In this document: positions 19,482-28,931 of the stretch, piece by piece
Position numbering within the stretch: position 1 is the first letter of the stretch
Layout of the letters: the number at the start of each line of letters is the position of its first letter
Origin: Bdellovibrionales bacterium CG10_big_fil_rev_8_21_14_0_10_45_34
GTDB taxonomy: Bacteria; Bdellovibrionota; Bdellovibrionia; Bdellovibrionales; 1-14-0-10-45-34
Assembly (NCBI GenBank): GCA_002778785.1
Contig: PEZS01000010.1
Coordinates: 120,671-184,670 of the forward strand
Reading direction: 5' to 3'
Length of the DNA stretch: 64,000 nt
The notes under the pieces: model-generated
What the model was told of the DNA's origin: nothing
What the model saw: the letters and a program-made list of their open reading frames with translations, nothing else
Database searches by the model: none
Translations under genes and position numbers: made by a program

Positions 19482-19869
19482 GTTCCTGTCCTTTCAACAA
19501 GTCCAAATCCCCATAATGTGTAACGGGTTGCTCAAGAGTTTACGACTTTTTGAACACTAAGTCCAACGAGCTACCCCGCCATGTATGCGCAAGTTTTTCG
19601 CACCTATTGCACTTTATACCCACTCTGGTACTGAATTGCACCATTTTTTGTTTACATATGGGCTTCAGCTGGCCGCCATTTGGCTAATGGAGTTTAAGAA
19701 CTATTGAACAGGTAAGGTTTTTATTTGAAACGCGTAGTGTCGTAAAATTTACAACTAATGGCTGGCGTAAAATTCAATAATTTTTATTGTGAGAAATTCA
19801 CACTTTAGAAGTCTAAGAAGGTCTCTTTCGACGCTGCCCAGGGAAGGGCAGAAGTTGGAGCCCACAAGA

Positions 19870-20670
19870 CTACTCCTTTTGAGCTAGAATGTGTTCTGCC
19901 ATTTCGACGAACCCATCACCACTTTCCTTGCCGGTAAGAAATTTGGGTAAATGGGTGATGTTGTCCATTGCTGCTACAATGTTTTGCACGCCCACACTGA
20001 GATCAAATAGACGGAACAAGGGTTCATCGTTGGGTGAGTCTCCAATGAAGACGCAGCTCTGATCTCTGATGACATCGGGTGCGTATTTTTTGAGATAAGT
20101 AACGACCATCGAGCTTTTGTCAAAGTCGCCAAACCACGCATTAACATGGATAGAGCTAATCTTGGCATTTGCACCAAACTTCTCGAACTTCGAGGCAATG
20201 AGCCGGACCTCCGGCATAGGTAAGGGTGGAGCAATATCCTCGGTAAAATCGACAGAAACGTCTGATATTCTAAAGTCCTGATCGCTAGAAAGCTGCGCTC
20301 GCGAATGCTCCTTAAGGAGTGACTCGGTGAATTCGAGGAGGCGTTTTTGACCACTTCGTATTTCGTTGTAGGGTTCGGCGTAGGTCCGTTCCATTATCCT
20401 GTTTCTGTAAGAATAAATAAGAGCGCCGTTTTCACCGATGACACCTTCGACGGGCCAAAAACGAGCGATCATTTCGCACCACCCAGCCGGTCGTCCAGTT
20501 ACCGGAACGACTCTTATTCCCTGGTCTTGGAGCTTCCACATGGCCTCATAGGAGGTTGCAAGGAGCTTCCCGTGAGTTGTTAGGGTGTCGTCAATGTCGG
20601 TGAATACATACTGGATATCAGGCACTTGCAGCTTTGACAGGGGGTTCATTGTTGGGGAGTTAGGGTTCAC
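19870..20670 (-). CDS. HAD-IIB family sugar-phosphate phosphatase
   Basis: Motif I FTDIDDTLT, VPVTGRP and motif IV GDSPNDEPLF. Confidence 0.8.
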   Translation of the reverse strand: MNPNSPTMNPLSKLQVPDIQYVFTDIDDTLTTHGKLLATSYEAMWKLQDQGIRVVPVTGRPAGWCEMIARFWPVEGVIGENGALIYSYRNRIMERTYAEPYNEIRSGQKRLLEFTESLLKEHSRAQLSSDQDFRISDVSVDFTEDIAPPLPMPEVRLIASKFEKFGANAKISSIHVNAWFGDFDKSSMVVTYLKKYAPDVIRDQSCVFIGDSPNDEPLFRLFDLSVGVQNIVAAMDNITHLPKFLTGKESGDGFVEMAEHILAQKE

Positions 20671-20784
20671 GTTGCCTCCTCGGGTTGTCTCCTTGACCTT
20701 TGCATTAACTTTTTTGATTTCGCCTTGCGTATGAGAAAAAAACCATTCATTTTTACTTTCAAGTCAACTTGGGTGGGCGCAGCA

Positions 20785-23565
20785 ATGGCAAAATCGGCAT
20801 CTGGACGAAAGTTGGTGATCGTCGAATCACCGACCAAGGCCAAGACAATCAGAAAATTTTTACCCAAAGATTTCGTCGTGGACTCATGCATGGGACACAT
20901 TCGCGATCTTCCGCAATCTGCAAAAGACATTCCTGAAAAGTACAAAAAATTGCCATGGGCAAAAATAGGAGTCGATGTAGAGCATGAGTTTGCTCCGCTC
21001 TACTGTATTCCGAAGAACAAAACAAAAATCGTCAGTCAGCTGCGCGAGTTAGCGAAAGATGCTTCTGAGATTTACCTTGCGACGGACGAAGACCGCGAAG
21101 GGGAAAGTATCAGTTGGCATCTATTAGAAGTGCTCAAGCCCAAAGTGCCCGTGCGCCGAATGGTTTTTCACGAAATCACTAAAGATGCGATTTTTAAGGC
21201 GCTCAGCAATACGCGCCAGATTGATGAAGATTTGGTGAGAGCTCAAGAAGCTCGAAGAATCTTAGATCGACTAGTGGGTTACACTCTCTCACCTCTACTT
21301 TGGAAGAAAGTCGCCTACGGATTATCTGCTGGCCGAGTTCAATCGGTTGCGGTCAGACTACTTTGTGAACGAGAGATGGATCGTATCAAGTTTGTAAAAT
21401 CAGGGTATGCGACTCTTTCTTCGAAGTGCAGCTGGCAGGGTGCGGCCTTTGAATCAAGACTCGTTGAGACGGGTAGCAAGAAAGTAGCTCTGGGGCGAGA
21501 TTTTGACGGTTCGAATGGACAGCTTCAGAAAGAGCGCGAGCAGACTCACGTGGTCCTAAGTTTGGCGGATTGCTCGCGAATTGAAAAAGAGCTGGGGAGC
21601 GGACCCTTAAAAGTTACCGACAAAGAAGAGAAGCCGGTTTCACGAAAGCCATCTCCTCCGTTCATCACATCAACACTGCAGCAGGAGGCGAGTAGAAAGT
21701 TTGGTTGGGCGGCGAGAGAAACAATGAGGGCGGCCCAATCTCTTTATGAGCAGGGCTTTATCACTTACATGAGAACCGACTCTACTAACCTTTCTGAGCA
21801 AGCGATTAAAGCGTCGCGCGATCAAATATTGGCGCTTTATGGCAAAGAGTATTTGCCATCGGAGCCGAGATTGTATGGCGGCAAAAAAGTGAAAGGCGCT
21901 CAAGAAGCTCACGAAGCGATCCGGCCCGCTGGAGCCCAATTTGTGAAGCCCGATGATGCCGGGCTGTCGGGTGATTTGTTCAAGCTCTACGATTTGATTT
22001 GGAAGAGAACTATCTCTTCTCAAATGGAGAACGCGCGGCAAAAGCAAGTGCAAGTGAAGATGAACTTTCAGAATCATGTCTTTCAGGCGAATGGCATGAC
22101 GATAGAGTTTCCGGGCTTTTTGCGGGCCTATGTCGAGGGGCTCGACGATCCGGAGCAGGCGCTTGAAGATCGTGAAGTTTTGTTACCTGCAATGAAAGTT
22201 GGCGATTCTCTAAAAATAGAATCCATTCAGTCACAAGACCACGAAACGAAACCACCCGCCCGTTTCACAGAAGCAACCTTGATACAAACTTTAGAAAAAG
22301 AGGGTATTGGACGGCCTTCAACTTATGCGCCAACTATGAGCACCATCCTTGACAGGGGGTATGCGCAAAAAGTGGGAAGCGCGCTGGCTCCGACGTTTAC
22401 TGGCCTTGTGGTAAATCAACTTTTGCAAAGTCACTTTCCGCAATATGTGGATCCCGGGTTTACATCTTCGATGGAAGGGGCGCTCGATTCGATTGCTTCT
22501 GGCGAGAAGGACTGGATCGACTATTTGAAGACGATTTACTTAGGTAAGACGGGACTTCAAGAAGAAGTGAAGCGCAAAGAAAAAGTGATCGATCCTTCAG
22601 AGGCTCGCGAGATTCGGCTTTCTCCGCTAAAGAACTATGCTTTTCGTGTGGGTCGTTATGGCGCTTATGTGTGTCGGCAGCAAGACGAAGGTGAGGTTTG
22701 CGCTTCAATACCAGACTCCCAACTACCAGCAGACATCACAGCAGATGACATCAACAAGTTGATTGAGATTAAGCAAAATGGCGCCGACGCTCTCGGTAGA
22801 GATCCCGAAACTAATATGCCCGTTTATGCACTGACGGGTCGTTATGGTCCTTATGTGCAGCTCGGAGATTTGACAGAGGAAAATTCGAAACCAAAGAGAA
22901 TGTCGATACCGCCGCCTATGTCTGCCGAAAATATCTCGGTAGAGCAGGCTCTCAAACTTTTGAGTTTGCCTAAAGTTTTAGGAACCCATCCGGCAAGCGG
23001 TGAAGAAGTAAAGATCGGTTTAGGGAGATTTGGCCCTTACGTTCAAATGAACTCCGATTTTCGTAGTATTCCAAAAGATAAAGATTTGTTTTCGATTTCT
23101 CTTGCTGAAGCGGTGGATCTTTTGAATCAGCCAAAGAAGGGACGCCGAGGAGGAGCCAAAAAGGTTCTGAAAGAAATTGGAATACATCCGTCAATTCAAG
23201 AAAAAATTGAATTGTTAGACGGTCGATATGGCCCCTATCTAAGTGTGAGTAGTCTCAATGCATCGGTTCCTAAAGATGAAAAATTAGAAGAAATCGATCT
23301 TACTCGAGCTGTCGCGATTCTTGCCCCTAAGTTAGAGGAAGCTGGAGGCCCAGAGGCCCTTCAAGCAAAAGCAGCAAAAGCGAAGAAGGTGAAGCCAGTA
23401 AAGAAAGTTGCAAAGAAAGCTGCTAGCCCCTCCGTCAAGTCAGTTGAAGGTGTCATAAAAGCTAGGCGCAGCTCCGTAGTGGGCATGAAGTCCGGTGGCG
23501 GCGAGATGGCCTCAGCTTCAAAAGAGCTGAGCAAGCCCGCGGTGAAGCTGCGAAAACGAACATAG
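20785..23565 (+). CDS. topA: DNA topoisomerase I
   Basis: Toprim start KLVIVESPTKAKTIRKF and active-site FITYMRTDS. Four C-terminal GRYGPYV-type repeats and a Lys/Ala-rich tail. ATG 20785 is preferred to the track start 20725. Confidence 0.95.
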   Translation: MAKSASGRKLVIVESPTKAKTIRKFLPKDFVVDSCMGHIRDLPQSAKDIPEKYKKLPWAKIGVDVEHEFAPLYCIPKNKTKIVSQLRELAKDASEIYLATDEDREGESISWHLLEVLKPKVPVRRMVFHEITKDAIFKALSNTRQIDEDLVRAQEARRILDRLVGYTLSPLLWKKVAYGLSAGRVQSVAVRLLCEREMDRIKFVKSGYATLSSKCSWQGAAFESRLVETGSKKVALGRDFDGSNGQLQKEREQTHVVLSLADCSRIEKELGSGPLKVTDKEEKPVSRKPSPPFITSTLQQEASRKFGWAARETMRAAQSLYEQGFITYMRTDSTNLSEQAIKASRDQILALYGKEYLPSEPRLYGGKKVKGAQEAHEAIRPAGAQFVKPDDAGLSGDLFKLYDLIWKRTISSQMENARQKQVQVKMNFQNHVFQANGMTIEFPGFLRAYVEGLDDPEQALEDREVLLPAMKVGDSLKIESIQSQDHETKPPARFTEATLIQTLEKEGIGRPSTYAPTMSTILDRGYAQKVGSALAPTFTGLVVNQLLQSHFPQYVDPGFTSSMEGALDSIASGEKDWIDYLKTIYLGKTGLQEEVKRKEKVIDPSEAREIRLSPLKNYAFRVGRYGAYVCRQQDEGEVCASIPDSQLPADITADDINKLIEIKQNGADALGRDPETNMPVYALTGRYGPYVQLGDLTEENSKPKRMSIPPPMSAENISVEQALKLLSLPKVLGTHPASGEEVKIGLGRFGPYVQMNSDFRSIPKDKDLFSISLAEAVDLLNQPKKGRRGGAKKVLKEIGIHPSIQEKIELLDGRYGPYLSVSSLNASVPKDEKLEEIDLTRAVAILAPKLEEAGGPEALQAKAAKAKKVKPVKKVAKKAASPSVKSVEGVIKARRSSVVGMKSGGGEMASASKELSKPAVKLRKRT

Positions 23566-23602
23566 GCTTGATTTTGAAGCGATCCTAAGGCAGTTTGACG
23601 CT

Positions 23603-24568
23603 ATGCAAGCGGAACCGCTAACGGCTCAACTGCAGTTTCAACTCGAACGAGAGTTCCAGCCAGATCGAAACTTTGTAAAAGGTGGGCGAAGTTTTTATTT
23701 TTTTGATCTCGATGACAATGTCATCTTTCTTGCGACCTCCATTTATCTTTTCCACAAGAAGACAGGTAGCGAAGTAGCAGTTACCACCCAGGAGTACGCT
23801 GCTATCTCAAAAGATGTATCTGAAAGAGGACCGTGGAAAGATTATGAATTGCGTCTCGACTCAGAAGTCGGCAGTTTTCGAAGGTTTCGAGACCTTGGGT
23901 TTACAAAAGAAACCTTTAGCGAGTCAGATGTCAAAAATCTCAATGGCCTCGCAGAAGAACACTTTATCGTAGATCTTGCTCACGCGATGGGACTCCCCGA
24001 CTTTCATTGGAAGGGGCCCTCGTGGAATTGTTTTTATCACGCTACATTCAACGCTAGGCCTGTATCATTGATTACAGCCCGTGGGCATCACCCTGAAGTT
24101 CTGAAAGCGGGATTTAGAGAAATGGTAAATCGAAGACATCTTCATCGAGAACCGAATTACGTTGATATCTTTCCGGTGAATCATCCAAGCACGCGCAATA
24201 TGTTAGGTGATCCAGAGAAAAAGTGGTCAGTCGCGCGTCTTAAGCAAGAAGCCATTTACAAGTCGGTTGAGACAGCTATTGAGCGATTCGGCAATAATCC
24301 GCACCACAGATTTGGTATGTCTGATGACTCGCCAGAAAATCTCGAACTCATTACAGAGTCCATGCGCGAATTAAAACGTCGCTATCCTCTGATGAGCTTT
24401 TTCGTCATAGACACACACCAAGAGCGATTTATTAAACGGGAAGTCTTTGCCGGCGGCAGCAAGAAGAACTCTCAAGTGCGCCCAGAGTCATCTTTGCAAC
24501 TAGACTTAGCTCTAGAGCCGAATCGGGAGCTATGCTCCATCGCTGCGAGCTCTTCGGTTGAGACTTAA
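23603..24568 (+). CDS. HAD-like hydrolase, unknown specificity
   Basis: Candidate HAD motifs FFDLDDNV (DxDxV), SLITARG and GMSDDS. No closer family recognised. Confidence 0.6.
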   Translation: MQAEPLTAQLQFQLEREFQPDRNFVKGGRSFYFFDLDDNVIFLATSIYLFHKKTGSEVAVTTQEYAAISKDVSERGPWKDYELRLDSEVGSFRRFRDLGFTKETFSESDVKNLNGLAEEHFIVDLAHAMGLPDFHWKGPSWNCFYHATFNARPVSLITARGHHPEVLKAGFREMVNRRHLHREPNYVDIFPVNHPSTRNMLGDPEKKWSVARLKQEAIYKSVETAIERFGNNPHHRFGMSDDSPENLELITESMRELKRRYPLMSFFVIDTHQERFIKREVFAGGSKKNSQVRPESSLQLDLALEPNRELCSIAASSSVET

Positions 24569-24676
24569 AAGAATTAGCCTCTGGTCCTAAAATGGACCCA
24601 AAGAAAAATCTTCGTAAAACTTTCCTAATAGAAAACTGAAAATATAGTTATTATATTCAGACGAAGTGAGGAAAAA

Positions 24677-26692
24677 ATGCTCCGAAGAATTTTTAAGAAC
24701 TTTTCGATAATAGTCCTGGTCGTCTTAGCATCTGGTTCGTCGATATCGGCCGAACTGAAGTGCAAGTTAATTCCGTCAATTATGAATCTCATGCTAGGTC
24801 AGCACATACTTTTCAACGAGTTCAGCACCAATTTAAATAGTAGGCTCATTGATCAATATATAAAGAGTCTTGATACGACAAAAACCTACTTGATTCAGTC
24901 GGATGTGAAAGCCATTAAAGATATTTTATCTGGAACCTTCAGGCGATTTCAAAAGGGCGCATGCAATGATTTAGATCGCGTGCAAAAAGTATTTTTGAAA
25001 AGAGTCGATGAGAGGACTGTTTTCGCAAAGAAATATTTGGCCGAAAAGGATTTTAAAATTGACCCTAAAATTGAAATACAGGTTTCGAATGACGATCGAG
25101 AATACCCAAAAACCAAGTCTGAAGCAGAAGGTTATTTAAAAAAATACATTCAGTGGCAGGTCGCGAACTTCGTAGCTTCTGGAACCGAATTGAAGGAAGC
25201 GATTCAACAGGTTGCTCGTCGCTATGAGAGAAACGAAAAAAATTTGAAAGACGTGAAAGCTGAGGACCTCAATGTGAGGTATTTGGATTCGTTTGCAAAC
25301 GCACTAGATCCGCATTCAAGCTTTCTATCAAAGGACATGCTTGAAGAGTTTCAGATAAACATGCGTTTATCACTTGAAGGGATTGGGGCGACCTTGAGCT
25401 TTCAGGATGGCTATACCGTTGTTGAGCAATTAGTACCTGGTGGAGCGGCTGCGAAGTCTGGGATTATTGAACCACAAGATAAAATCGTCGCTGTCGGTGA
25501 AGGGCAAGAGGGGGCGCTTGAGCCTGTTATTGACTTGTCACTTAAAGATGTCGTCAAAAAGATCCGCGGAAAAAAAGACACGATCGTAAGGCTTTCCATT
25601 TTAAGAAAGCGAGCGGACAAACCTGAGAGGTTCACGGTCAGTTTGACGAGACAAAAAATTGATCTTGAACAGGAAGCCGCGCAGATCGAGTACATCGAAA
25701 AAGAAATCGACGGAAAGAAGCAGAAGTACGGAGTTATCAATCTCCCCAGCTTTTACAATGATGGTTCCGAATCAGGCAGGTCAGCAGCTCGCGATGTAAA
25801 GAAACTTCTTGCAGAAGCGGAGAAAACCAAGGTTGCAGGAGTTGTTTTAGATTTATCTTCAAACGGTGGCGGCTCTCTGGATGATGCCGTTAGTTTAGCT
25901 GGCTTGTTTTTTAAAACTGGCAACGTGGTTCGCACTCAAGGCGGAAGATCGAGTGGTAAGACATGGGCAGATCAAGATTCGAAAGTAGACTTCTCTGGCC
26001 CACTTGTTGTTTTGGTAAGTCGCTTAAGTGCTTCGGCCTCAGAAATTGTTGCTGGCGCACTTCAAGATTACAAAAGAGCGGTGATTGTCGGGGCAGATCA
26101 CACTTTTGGTAAGGGTTCAGTTCAGCAAGTTGTCCCGCTACCAAGTCAGCTTGGTGCGTTTAAAGTGACGATGGATATGTTTTTTATTCCCGGCGGAAAC
26201 TCCACTCAGCACAGGGGTGTCTCATCGGATATAGTTTTTCCGAGCCCGTTTTCTTCTGATGATATCGGAGAGAAAAGCTTGGATTATTCGCTTCCTCCTA
26301 AAACAATTCCACCGTTTTTATCTTCGGAAGCAAATTTAGAAGATCCTAAAAATCGATGGAACCCTGTTGAGAAAGATTGGTTAAAAACACTTTCGGGCGA
26401 ATCTAAAAAACGTGTTGATGTGAACGAAGATTTTAAAAAAATAAAAGACGAAGTCGCAAAAGCGGAAAAGCGTAAGAAAGTATTGAAGATTGCCGACGTG
26501 TTAGAGTCCAAGGACGAAAAAGAAAAAGAAAAAGAAGCTGAAGACAAGAAGACCAAGTCTGCCGAGGCCATCAAAGAGAAGCGCCGTCAGGACTACCTAA
26601 AGCGTGCCGACATTCAAGAAGCAGTGAACATCGTTGCCGATCTTTCAATCTTAGAAGCGAAGGGGTCACTCAAGACCACGGCCAAAAACTAG
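24677..26692 (+). CDS. S41 carboxy-terminal processing (tail-specific) protease
   Basis: Signal peptide, PDZ region, S41 catalytic motifs SRLSASASEIVAGALQD and FGKGSVQQ, and a Lys/Glu-rich C-terminal extension. Confidence 0.9.
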   Translation: MLRRIFKNFSIIVLVVLASGSSISAELKCKLIPSIMNLMLGQHILFNEFSTNLNSRLIDQYIKSLDTTKTYLIQSDVKAIKDILSGTFRRFQKGACNDLDRVQKVFLKRVDERTVFAKKYLAEKDFKIDPKIEIQVSNDDREYPKTKSEAEGYLKKYIQWQVANFVASGTELKEAIQQVARRYERNEKNLKDVKAEDLNVRYLDSFANALDPHSSFLSKDMLEEFQINMRLSLEGIGATLSFQDGYTVVEQLVPGGAAAKSGIIEPQDKIVAVGEGQEGALEPVIDLSLKDVVKKIRGKKDTIVRLSILRKRADKPERFTVSLTRQKIDLEQEAAQIEYIEKEIDGKKQKYGVINLPSFYNDGSESGRSAARDVKKLLAEAEKTKVAGVVLDLSSNGGGSLDDAVSLAGLFFKTGNVVRTQGGRSSGKTWADQDSKVDFSGPLVVLVSRLSASASEIVAGALQDYKRAVIVGADHTFGKGSVQQVVPLPSQLGAFKVTMDMFFIPGGNSTQHRGVSSDIVFPSPFSSDDIGEKSLDYSLPPKTIPPFLSSEANLEDPKNRWNPVEKDWLKTLSGESKKRVDVNEDFKKIKDEVAKAEKRKKVLKIADVLESKDEKEKEKEAEDKKTKSAEAIKEKRRQDYLKRADIQEAVNIVADLSILEAKGSLKTTAKN

Positions 26693-27016
26693 TTTGCTTC
26701 TTAACCGCAGTTCGGCCCTGCGGTAGCATGCGAAGCACCCACGATCCAAGATTGTTTATGCTTCCGCCGGACCAAAGCTGTTCGCAACAGATTCGCGCAC
26801 TGATTGCGGCGACTGTAATAGAGCTATGTTCAGAAGTTGAGATGGCATCACCTTCTTGGGCTAAAAAATGCCACCTTTGAGCCAGCCGTGGTTTGTGTCT
26901 GAAGTCGAATCTCTCAAAGCATATGCACTGCTGGAGTCGCCATATGGATTTCGTTTTAAAAATATATTCGTGCAAAGCAACTTTTTAGAGAGGGTCTAGG
27001 AGTGTTGGGTGGAGTA

Positions 27017-27889
27017 TTAGCTGGAGGCGATGTAGGCGATCCAGGTTTGGCATTCTTCGCCGACAGTGACAGGTTTGAAAACGCCGTCGCCTTCTCCTTT
27101 TTTATCTGTACCTTCCCAATAAACAATCGACTTTTTAAATCCAGCTTCAGCAAGAATTTCTTTGAGCTCTGGTATGCTCCACATACGCCAGTCGTAGGTA
27201 AAAACCTTTTCAAACTTCTTTTTACCCTTGGGCTTAAAATGAATATGAAAAATCGCGTGATTGGCAACGGGATCAAAAAGCTCCTGATCCCAGTAATAGG
27301 TGAAGTCAGAGTGTTTAGTCGCTTCTTCGTTCGCTTCGAAGCATGCGCTCCCACCGAACAAATCTATAACAAAAAGACCGTCTTGATTCAGCGATGCTCG
27401 AACCCTTTTGAAGTAGCTTAAAAGCTCAGCTCTTTTTTTAAAAATGAAGTACGAAAAGTTGAGACTACAGACTACATCAGCCTTAAGGGGTCTTTCATCC
27501 ATGACATTTTGTTCATGCAACTGAACACGGTCTTTTTGATGACCTTTCAGTTTCTGAAACCAATGAGTAGTGCCGTAACCAAGAGGCTCCGTATCAAGAT
27601 CAAAACCATGGGCTTCAAAGCCCGCATTGAGCTTAACCCACTCACAACAAATCTGAAACGTACCGCAAAAGTCTTCAAACAAAACACGAGGATCTTTTTT
27701 GTTAAAGTCCCTGTAGACCTTACGTAAAAAGCGCACGTCCGTGTCGGGGCTTTGAACAGCGTTTGTATAAAAAGCATACTTATCAAAAGGCAGATCTTTA
27801 GAGGATTTTCTAGACTCTTGGACCTTGACCTTAAAATCATGGGCCGCAGAGTTACCGACTGAGTTGAAGTTAGGCTTATGGAACTTCAT
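27017..27889 (-). CDS. class I SAM-dependent methyltransferase
   Basis: Motif I-like VLFEDFCGT and post-I DLD. The track start at 28090 overlaps E1-beta by 215 nt. ATG 27889 (MKFHKPNF) lies 10 nt after the E1-beta stop and is the likely start. Confidence 0.75.
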   Translation of the reverse strand: MKFHKPNFNSVGNSAAHDFKVKVQESRKSSKDLPFDKYAFYTNAVQSPDTDVRFLRKVYRDFNKKDPRVLFEDFCGTFQICCEWVKLNAGFEAHGFDLDTEPLGYGTTHWFQKLKGHQKDRVQLHEQNVMDERPLKADVVCSLNFSYFIFKKRAELLSYFKRVRASLNQDGLFVIDLFGGSACFEANEEATKHSDFTYYWDQELFDPVANHAIFHIHFKPKGKKKFEKVFTYDWRMWSIPELKEILAEAGFKKSIVYWEGTDKKGEGDGVFKPVTVGEECQTWIAYIASS

Positions 27890-28931
27890 GAAGTGTCTCC
27901 ACGACTTGTTGGTAAATATCATTTTTTTGTGGCACAGTGGCCGTCTCAAGAGCGTCATGAAGGCCGATGCCAGGGACATTCTTGCCTGCAATAACTTGCG
28001 GGCGAGCGTGAAGCTCATAGAACAACTCTTGTGTGCAGCGATAGGCGAGATGTTCTGCAAAGTTTGTGACCTCTGTGTCTTCGTTAACAAAGATCACTCT
28101 ATGTGTCTTGCTGACGGAACTTTTAATCGTCTGCCAATCGTAAGGATAAATACTTCTCAGATCGATGACCTCGATCGAAAACCCTTCGCTCTCAAGCTGA
28201 GCTGCGACCTCGGTACAAATGCCAACATGCCGACCATAGGTAACAAGGGTTAGATCGCTACCGCTCTTTACAATTTTTGCTTTTCCGATTTCAACTCTGA
28301 AGTCTTCAAGCTTTGGCCAGCTCGGTTTCCAGGTAGAGCGATCACCAATTGGTGCATCGATACGTTTTTTTAGCTCACTTTCATTCTCTGGCTCCCCAGG
28401 GATCAACTCTTTGCCCCGAATTCGCATGAGCGCTTTAGGCTTTAGATACAAAACGGGATTGGGATCGGCAATCGCTGAAAGCAGTAAGCCATAGGCGTCT
28501 AAAGGGTTTGACGGAATGACAATCTTCCATCCCGGCATACGGCTCGCCCAAGCATCAAAACTGTGGGAATGATAAACGGATCCGCGAATGCCCGCTCCGA
28601 CCGGTGTCATCACAACAATCGGAATATTGTATTGTCCGTTAGAAACCCAGTGGGTATTGCCCGCCATCTTCAGCAAATCAATGGTGTTAAAGATGTAATC
28701 GCCAAACTGAATCTCCGCCACGCAGCGCTGGTTTGCTAAGCCAAGTCCAATTGCGGTTCCGATAATCCCTCTTTCATCAAGAGGTGTATTCCATGTGTTT
28801 CTGAGACCCTGAGTTGCCGTAAAAACTCCGCCGAGTGGTGCTCCTACATCTTGCCCAAAGATCTCCTTGAGATCCAAATTTTCTTCTGCGAAATGAAGGG
28901 CCATTCTAATTGCTTGAGCCATATTCGCCAT
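27876..28931 (-). CDS. 2-oxoacid dehydrogenase E1 component, beta subunit
   Basis: Transketolase-like pyrimidine-binding and C-terminal domains (FGQDVG..GGVF..T.GL...PLDERGIIGTAIGLG). TAATG junction with the alpha subunit gene. Confidence 0.9.
   Translation of the reverse strand: MANMAQAIRMALHFAEENLDLKEIFGQDVGAPLGGVFTATQGLRNTWNTPLDERGIIGTAIGLGLANQRCVAEIQFGDYIFNTIDLLKMAGNTHWVSNGQYNIPIVVMTPVGAGIRGSVYHSHSFDAWASRMPGWKIVIPSNPLDAYGLLLSAIADPNPVLYLKPKALMRIRGKELIPGEPENESELKKRIDAPIGDRSTWKPSWPKLEDFRVEIGKAKIVKSGSDLTLVTYGRHVGICTEVAAQLESEGFSIEVIDLRSIYPYDWQTIKSSVSKTHRVIFVNEDTEVTNFAEHLAYRCTQELFYELHARPQVIAGKNVPGIGLHDALETATVPQKNDIYQQVVETLHEVP

Noticed and set aside
26670-27354. Minus-strand track ORFs 26670..26975 and 26956..27354, and plus-strand ORF 27002..27421.
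   Set aside because: The translations are Trp/Cys/Arg-rich or low-complexity. The ORFs overlap the well-supported methyltransferase gene or the convergent gap, and no start or RBS context supports them.
27890-28090. Long N-terminal extension of the methyltransferase ORF (track start 28090), and similar extended track starts for topA (20725), rfbB (55031), ORF 31298 and ORF 51574.
   Set aside because: The extensions overlap the upstream gene or place signal peptides or Rossmann motifs far from the N-terminus. Internal ATG/GTG starts give canonical N-termini.
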